A stretch of 64,000 bases of DNA, taken from the NCBI GenBank assembly GCA_030603165.1, contig JAUVYH010000001.1, forward strand, positions 4,837 through 68,836, in the 5' to 3' direction. Below the pieces are notes generated by a model. It searched no databases. It worked only from the letters and a program-made list of their open reading frames with translations, and had not been told where the DNA came from. Position numbers and translations under genes: made by a program. Shown piece after piece: positions 58,545 through 64,000 of the stretch (within the stretch, counting starts at the first letter, position 1; each line of letters opens with the position of its first letter). This stretch comes from Fidelibacterota bacterium (lineage in GTDB: Bacteria > Fidelibacterota > UBA2242).

Positions 58545-58678
58545 TGACGACGGAACTGCTTTTTAAAGATGAAGTATTAGAGACAGGGGTATATGTATTC
58601 ATAAAGATATTAATGAGAGTGCAATAATAAATTAAATTAGTGTAATTAGTGTAATTAGTAGTTAAAAAAGAGGAAACT

Positions 58679-60139
58679 ATGATCGACTTAACAGTAAATG
58701 AGAAGCAACTGGCAAACACAGTAAAACGGTGTAAAGAACGGAATATTATCATTCCCACCTTTGAACAGATGAAAACCCCCGGGTTAATTCCCGATTCAAT
58801 AATAGAAGAATTAAAAGATATCGGGCTTTGGGACGTGCATTCCCGGAATCTGTTCCGGGTGAGCTGGAAGAATGAACCGGTCGCCACAGGCGGAGGATTT
58901 GGTGGTCTTAATTATATGATTCTTCCGCCGGAATTAACGGACGTTAAAGCAAAAATAATCGCTTTGGTTGGAAAATGGTTTCCGACCGGATCACATAAAG
59001 TCGGCGCTACTTTTGGTTGCCTCGTTCCCCGGTTAGTTACAGGGCAATTTGATCCGGTTGTTCAGAAAGCGGTCTGGCCATCGACGGGAAATTATTGTCG
59101 GGGGGGCGCTTATAATTCTGCTTTACTGGCTTGTGAATCCATCGCGATTCTGCCGGAAGAGATGTCAAAGGAACGCTTCGAATGGCTGTCAAATGTTGCC
59201 GGCGAAGTCATTCCCACGCCCGGTTGCGAGAGCAATGTGAAAGAGATTTTTGACAAGTGCTGGGAATTGAAGGAAACACGGGATGATATTGTAATTTTCA
59301 ACCAGTTCGATGAATTCGGAAATCATCTCTGGCATTATGAAGTTACGGGAAATGCGATGGCGGAAGTATTGAAAGAGGTCATGGGAGATAATGACCGCTA
59401 TTCCGGCGTGGTGCTGACTTCCGGTTCGGCGGGAACCCTGGGAAGCGGTGATTTTCTTAAGGAGCTGTTCCCCACTTCAAAAATCGCCGTTGCCGAGGCG
59501 CTGCAATGTCCGACATTACTTTTGAATGGTTTTGGCGGTCACCGGATCGAAGGCATCGGAGACAAACATGTACCCTGGATTCATAATGTCAGGAACACCG
59601 ACATGGTAGTCGCCGTGGATGATGAGCATACCATTCGCCTGATGCGCCTGTTCAACGAACCGATTGGACGAGAATATCTCGAACAGCATGGCGTTGATCA
59701 GAATATCGCCGAGAATCTTGATCTGCTCGGTATTTCGTCCATCGGAAACATGGTGGCGGCGATCAAATATGCCAAATATTATGAACTGACCGAACAGGAT
59801 ATTGTCCTGACGGTGTTCACCGATTCCATGGAACTTTACGGCTCCCGCATTCGCGAACTTAATGAAGAAAAAGGGAGTTATACCCACGATGATGCTGTCC
59901 GGGATTATGAACTTCTCAATAATATCAATGTCGAATATGCTCTGGAACTGGATTTCTACGAGAAAAAACGCATCCACAACCTGAAATACTACACCTGGAT
60001 CGAGCAGCAGGCAAAAGAATTAGATGAGTTGAATGCCCAATGGTACGATCACCGTGAATATTGGGGATCGATTCACAGCATGATGCCTAAGATCGATGCG
60101 TTGATTGAAGAGTTTAATGAAAGAGTATTGCAAAAATAA
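58679..60139 (+). CDS. Fold-type II PLP-dependent enzyme (TrpB-like) with ~100-aa N-terminal extension
   Basis: 'FPTGSHKVGATFG' (compare TrpB 'HTGAHKINNALG') and 'PSTGNYCRGGAYNS'; 486 aa. Confidence 0.5.
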   Translation: MIDLTVNEKQLANTVKRCKERNIIIPTFEQMKTPGLIPDSIIEELKDIGLWDVHSRNLFRVSWKNEPVATGGGFGGLNYMILPPELTDVKAKIIALVGKWFPTGSHKVGATFGCLVPRLVTGQFDPVVQKAVWPSTGNYCRGGAYNSALLACESIAILPEEMSKERFEWLSNVAGEVIPTPGCESNVKEIFDKCWELKETRDDIVIFNQFDEFGNHLWHYEVTGNAMAEVLKEVMGDNDRYSGVVLTSGSAGTLGSGDFLKELFPTSKIAVAEALQCPTLLLNGFGGHRIEGIGDKHVPWIHNVRNTDMVVAVDDEHTIRLMRLFNEPIGREYLEQHGVDQNIAENLDLLGISSIGNMVAAIKYAKYYELTEQDIVLTVFTDSMELYGSRIRELNEEKGSYTHDDAVRDYELLNNINVEYALELDFYEKKRIHNLKYYTWIEQQAKELDELNAQWYDHREYWGSIHSMMPKIDALIEEFNERVLQK

Positions 60140-60145
60140 AATCCT

Positions 60146-61573
60146 TTGAGAAAAATAATGGACAGATCTATCCTCATAAAAAACCCCCTCCTTTGCTGCC
60201 GAATGGATATCGATGTTCATTCCAATGATGTGTTGAACACTTTTTCCGGCGGACATATCTATATTGAAGATAATAAGATCATTTCTGCCGGACCGGAGGA
60301 ATTTTCCGGCGCTGCCGACCGGATCATTGACGCCAGCCGGATGGTGGCGCTGCCGGGCTTCGTGAACACACATCATCACTTTTACCAGACTCTGACCCGC
60401 AATATTTTCGCGACGCAAAAGTCAGAACTGTTTGACTGGCTAATCACCAACTATGAAATCTGGCGCGGAATCAGCGGCGAAGCAATTTACATTAGCGCCA
60501 AACTGGCAATAGCCGAACTCTTGAAATCAGGTTGCACGACTACTTCCGATCATCTGTATCTTTTTCCGAATAAAGCCGAACCGACGCTGATCGACCGGGA
60601 GATCAAAGCCGCCCGGGAATTGGGAATTCGCTTTCAGCCGACCCGCGGTTCCATGTCCAGGGGTAAATCCGACGGCGGACTGCCCCCGGACGATGTCATC
60701 CAGACCGAAGCGCAGATCGTTGAAGATACATACCGGTTGATCAATGAATATCACGATGATTCCTTCGGAGCAATGACCCGCATTTCACTGGCGCCCTGTT
60801 CGCCCTTTTCGGTGACACCGGAGTTAATGAAAGAAACCGCCCGAATTGCCCGTGAGAATAAGTTGCAGATCCACACCCATCTCGCTGAAACAGCCGATGA
60901 AGTAAATTTCTGCCTGGAAAAATTTAAGATGCGTCCGTTTGAATTCATGAGGTCGCTTGATTGGATCGGTTCCAATGCCTGGTTTGCCCATTCCATCTAT
61001 CTCAATGACGATGAAATCCGGCAGGGCGGTGACGCCGGGATTGGTGTGGCTCACTGTCCGTCGTCGAATATGCGGCTCGGTTCTGGAATCGCCCGGATCA
61101 GGGAAATGCTCGATGCAGGTATAAAGGTTGGGATCGGCGTCGATGGTTCGGCGTCCAACGATTCATCCAATATGTTGATGGAGATGAGAAATGCGTTGCT
61201 GCTATCCAGGTTAAGAGGACCGGAATACTGGCTCGGTACTGAAGAAGTCCTCTGGATGGCGACGGTGGGTGGTGCAAAAGCGTTGGGACGGGATGATATC
61301 GGGCAAATCGCTCCGGGAAAATGCGCCGACCTGACTCTGATTTCAATGGACAGGCTGGAATATTCCGGCGCTCAACACGATCCGGCGGCGGCAATCCTGT
61401 TTTGTGTTGCCATGAGTCCGGTGGATTGGGTGATTGTGAATGGGAAGATTATTGTGGAAGATGGCAGGATTAAAGATTTGGATGAGCCTGCATTGATTAG
61501 GAAACAGCAACAAATATCCGACGAATTAGTTGCCCGGGCGGAAACTGAAACCGGGGAAAAATTGAGACGCTAA
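60146..61573 (+). CDS. Amidohydrolase of the TRZ/ATZ/guanine-deaminase group (8-oxoguanine/cytosine-deaminase-like)
   Basis: 'LPGFVNTHHHFYQTLTRN' metal-binding HxH, 'HTHLAET', 'VGIGVDGSASND'; 475 aa. Confidence 0.7.
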   Translation: MRKIMDRSILIKNPLLCCRMDIDVHSNDVLNTFSGGHIYIEDNKIISAGPEEFSGAADRIIDASRMVALPGFVNTHHHFYQTLTRNIFATQKSELFDWLITNYEIWRGISGEAIYISAKLAIAELLKSGCTTTSDHLYLFPNKAEPTLIDREIKAARELGIRFQPTRGSMSRGKSDGGLPPDDVIQTEAQIVEDTYRLINEYHDDSFGAMTRISLAPCSPFSVTPELMKETARIARENKLQIHTHLAETADEVNFCLEKFKMRPFEFMRSLDWIGSNAWFAHSIYLNDDEIRQGGDAGIGVAHCPSSNMRLGSGIARIREMLDAGIKVGIGVDGSASNDSSNMLMEMRNALLLSRLRGPEYWLGTEEVLWMATVGGAKALGRDDIGQIAPGKCADLTLISMDRLEYSGAQHDPAAAILFCVAMSPVDWVIVNGKIIVEDGRIKDLDEPALIRKQQQISDELVARAETETGEKLRR

Positions 61574-61603
61574 AAATTAAAACGTGTTTAATAGTAAAGT
61601 GAT

Positions 61604-62506
61604 TTACCGGCGACGCCAAAACGCCCCAAACAGTGCTACAATATAAAGTAAGCCCAGAAACAGCAACAATTTCGTGCCCCTGACTTCCGCCACTTCGATG
61701 ATGCTGTCGTAGTACATTCCGCCGGGGTTGATAATGATGTTATGAGCATCAATCCGTTGTGGCTGTTTCATACTGATATGATAATATTTATCATTGACGC
61801 GCAGGTTGAATTGCCGGGTCTGATGATTAAAATCCTCTAGGACGAAGTAACCGTTTGTCAGCGAAACCGAATCACCAAAACTCATGCTGTGAATCTGATC
61901 GTCGATACTGACTGCAAAGGTGAATTTCTGATCGTAGGCGCTTTGATAGAGGCGATAGCGGTCGATGGCGTAGGGTTTATTTACCGCCAGTCTAACTGTG
62001 TCCATGTTGTTGATCAGTAGATGACTGATAAAGGCTTTAGGTGTGCGCTGATCGGAATGATGCCGGATCTCGAAACGAATTAACTTTACCCGGACATTGT
62101 GTTTCTCCGAAATAGCGCCGGTATAATCCGAAAACAGAATTTCTTCGCCCTCACTGATCGTTATATTAAAGCGCCGATTGCTGCTTTTTTCAACAGCGAT
62201 AATGATAAAGCACAGCGCCAGCAGAAGATGAACGACTTTCTGAATCGGTGTGCGGAATACCTTAAACAAAATACCGCCGATAATGATCAATGACAGCAAA
62301 CCCCAAAGCGCAATATTGATTGGTGATCCGTAAAATCGGTCAAGATGCAAAACACGGATCAAACTATTTGCGGCTCCGGGATATTCGCCGGGGGGGAATT
62401 CATTTACTTGAGGGATAAATGTACTGATTGTCAGGAATAACAGTATCAGAATGCTGATAATTTGAAAGGCTTTGATCCAGGTTTTTCGCATTGTTTGTGA
62501 TCTCAA
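61604..62506 (-). CDS. Membrane protein (N- and C-terminal TM helices with ~200-aa extracytoplasmic domain; weak ResB-like topology)
   Basis: 300 aa; hydrophobic segments at residues ~15-35, ~60-80, ~85-105 and the C-terminus; no confident family assignment. Confidence 0.4.
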   Translation of the reverse strand: MRSQTMRKTWIKAFQIISILILLFLTISTFIPQVNEFPPGEYPGAANSLIRVLHLDRFYGSPINIALWGLLSLIIIGGILFKVFRTPIQKVVHLLLALCFIIIAVEKSSNRRFNITISEGEEILFSDYTGAISEKHNVRVKLIRFEIRHHSDQRTPKAFISHLLINNMDTVRLAVNKPYAIDRYRLYQSAYDQKFTFAVSIDDQIHSMSFGDSVSLTNGYFVLEDFNHQTRQFNLRVNDKYYHISMKQPQRIDAHNIIINPGGMYYDSIIEVAEVRGTKLLLFLGLLYIVALFGAFWRRR

Positions 62507-62804
62507 TAGTTACGATTAATTTAGTATAAAATCGGGAGATTGCAACATTGACAGGACTTAAATCATTAGGCTTGAGTTATGTCTGATGGTTATTAACGAC
62601 TTAACTCATCCCGCAAAGCGGGGTAAGCCAAGTCTTTTAGAACTTGGTTGACGACGGATCTTCATCTATACGATAATAGTCAGTAATAGTTAATTCTTGA
62701 CATTACTGAATATCTCAAGTAAAATTACAGCGAATAGTAAAAAGGCGAAGATGCCCGAGTTTAGTTTTTGTAGTAAGCCTAATAGCAATAATGCCAGATG
62801 CCCA

Positions 62805-62921
62805 ACACCTGTCAGGTTTAATCAGTTAATCTTATCTGGGTCGGAAGAACCTAATAAACCTGACAGGTGTAATAGCTTAATCTTATCCGGGTTGGAAGAA
62901 TCTAATAAACCTGACAGGTGT
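62805..62921. repeat. REP-like palindromic elements (one complete 16-bp-stem hairpin plus a partial tandem unit)
   Basis: acacctgtcaggttta (62805..62820) / taaacctgacaggtgt (62855..62870) perfect 16-bp stem with 34-nt loop. The loop plus right arm is repeated at 62871..62921. A third copy is at 63286..63351. Confidence 0.7.
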
Positions 62922-62924
62922 AAT

Positions 62925-63281
62925 AGCTTAATTACCCAGGCTTTTTCTAATTTATTCAACTGCTACGCTAAATCCATCAACCGACAAGAGAACCGCTCGG
63001 GCAGTCTGTTTGAAAGACCATTCAAGCGAAAACTCATTGATACCGAAGAATATTTGAGAATGATTATCATCTATATTCACTTGAATCCCGTTCATCATCA
63101 AATAACCCAATCTTTCGAAAATTATCGCTGGAGTTCCTATAAAACTCTGCTTGGTAACCAGCCAACTAAATTGCCTCGCAAAACCGTGTTTGATATTTTC
63201 AAAGGGAGAGACCGGTTTATAGAAGATCATCGAAACGCAAAAATAAATTATCTGGAGATAGCGAAATATGCATTGGAATAA
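62925..63281 (+). pseudogene. RAYT / IS200-like Y1 transposase remnant lacking the HuH N-terminal half
   Basis: 'AFSNLFNCYAKSINRQENRSGSLFERPFKRKLIDTEEYLRMIIIYIHLNPVHH...YRWSSY' aligns to the C-terminal half of RayT/PF01797. The upstream part of ORF 62697..63281 is translation of the REP-like hairpins. Confidence 0.6.
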
Positions 63282-63285
63282 CCTT

Positions 63286-63351
63286 ACACCTGTCAGGTTT
63301 AATCAGTTAATCTTATCTGGGTTGGAAGGATCTAATAAACCTGACAGGTGT
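63286..63351. repeat. REP-like hairpin, third copy
   Basis: acacctgtcaggttt...taaacctgacaggtgt with the same loop sequence as 62805..62870. Confidence 0.7.
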
Positions 63352-63536
63352 ATTCCCCGACGGTCTCTGTCGCAGCATAAAACAATTCTTGACTTTAAAA
63401 GGATTGTCGAGTATCTTCAAGCGAAATAAAAGCGCAGTCTGGAATGATGAAAAGAACGGCAAAAATATTATACTTATTAGATTCAAAACTGCAAATAAGA
63501 AAAATCCTTCTTATAGAAAATTTTTAAAAGGTATCT

Positions 63537-64000
63537 ATGATTACAACCAAACCAATTATCATTCAGAATATCATGACCCAAGATATTCTTTATTATGATT
63601 CTGAATTTAAAAATCAATGTTATGAGTTTTGTGTTAAGAGAAATATCGATTGTTTACTATCAATTATAAAACTGGATCAATTTTACCTAAGGCAGGATAA
63701 ATTTAAAAATTTTAAAAGACAGAAAATAAGTGAAGATCGCATTATCGCCCAGTCAGAATATATATTCAATCCAATATTATCCAACAGATTTGAAAAACAA
63801 AATATTTTATTTGTCTATGACAAAAACAGATTAACCGGAATTGTACATTTTTCGGATTACAATAAAGGAAATGTAAGAGTATATCTGTATTCGCTGCTGA
63901 ATGAGTATGAGAGACTGCTGAGAAAATTATTAATAGTTAACGATTTAAAAAATGACGATATGTTAAAACATTTTGAAATGCAGTCTATGAAGGATAAACA
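63537..64000 (+). CDS. Partial (5' part) gene, AT-rich, CBS-domain-like N-terminus; runs off the window
   Basis: ATG 63537; 'PIIIQNIMTQDILYYDSEF...' and 'RLTGIVHFSDY' resemble a CBS pair; open to the window end; very AT-rich relative to neighbours. Confidence 0.4.
   Translation, partial: MITTKPIIIQNIMTQDILYYDSEFKNQCYEFCVKRNIDCLLSIIKLDQFYLRQDKFKNFKRQKISEDRIIAQSEYIFNPILSNRFEKQNILFVYDKNRLTGIVHFSDYNKGNVRVYLYSLLNEYERLLRKLLIVNDLKNDDMLKHFEMQSMKDK

Noticed and set aside
63389-63598. 69-aa ORF downstream of the third REP-like hairpin
   Set aside because: Low-complexity Lys/Asn-rich translation in AT-rich DNA; the better-supported frame starts at 63537 and overlaps it.

Overview
The window looks like a bacterial chromosome segment from an FCB-group-like anaerobe outside Bacteroidetes proper. 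The evidence is T9SS C-terminal sorting domains, a PorV/FadL-like outer-membrane protein, TonB receptors with a carboxypeptidase-regulatory-like N-domain, and strong Shine-Dalgarno sites. There are two functional blocks.

(1) 1.7-30.2 kb is an arabinan/L-arabinose utilization locus: TonB-dependent receptor, T9SS-secreted surface protein, PorV-like protein, two GH51, GH43, GH127, galM, and a minus-strand operon (SSS transporter, araB, araD, araA). It is bracketed by two inverted, ~90% identical copies of an IS4-family element, one intact and one frameshifted. It also contains a carbamoyltransferase/SxtJ-like/DUF5989-like module that looks AT-richer by eye, and two gene-decay zones.

(2) 32.3-61.6 kb is a gene neighbourhood of the selenium-dependent molybdenum hydroxylase type (the E. 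coli ygeW..ygfK/xdhD-like cluster linked to purine fermentation). It has two xdh-like FAD/FeS/Mo subunit sets, ssnA-like and ygfK-like genes, two ygeW-like knotted carbamoyltransferases, carbamate kinase, mocA, xdhC, a ThrC-family and a TrpB-like PLP enzyme, and an amidohydrolase. The cluster is interrupted by insertions that look foreign or AT-richer by eye (not computed): an orphan DNA methyltransferase fused to an SNase-like domain, a tandem pair of AlbA_2/HATPase_c_4 HTH proteins (one internally deleted), a DUF4143 AAA ATPase flanked by a duplicated gene junction, and a VapBC-like TA pair. A family of short GG-N-TAT-type octamer repeat arrays sits in its intergenic regions.

The 3' end carries REP-like hairpins flanking a truncated RAYT (IS200-like Y1 transposase) and an AT-rich partial CBS-like gene. 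I found no rRNA, tRNA or CRISPR. All family assignments are from reading the translated motifs by eye; no database searches were run.
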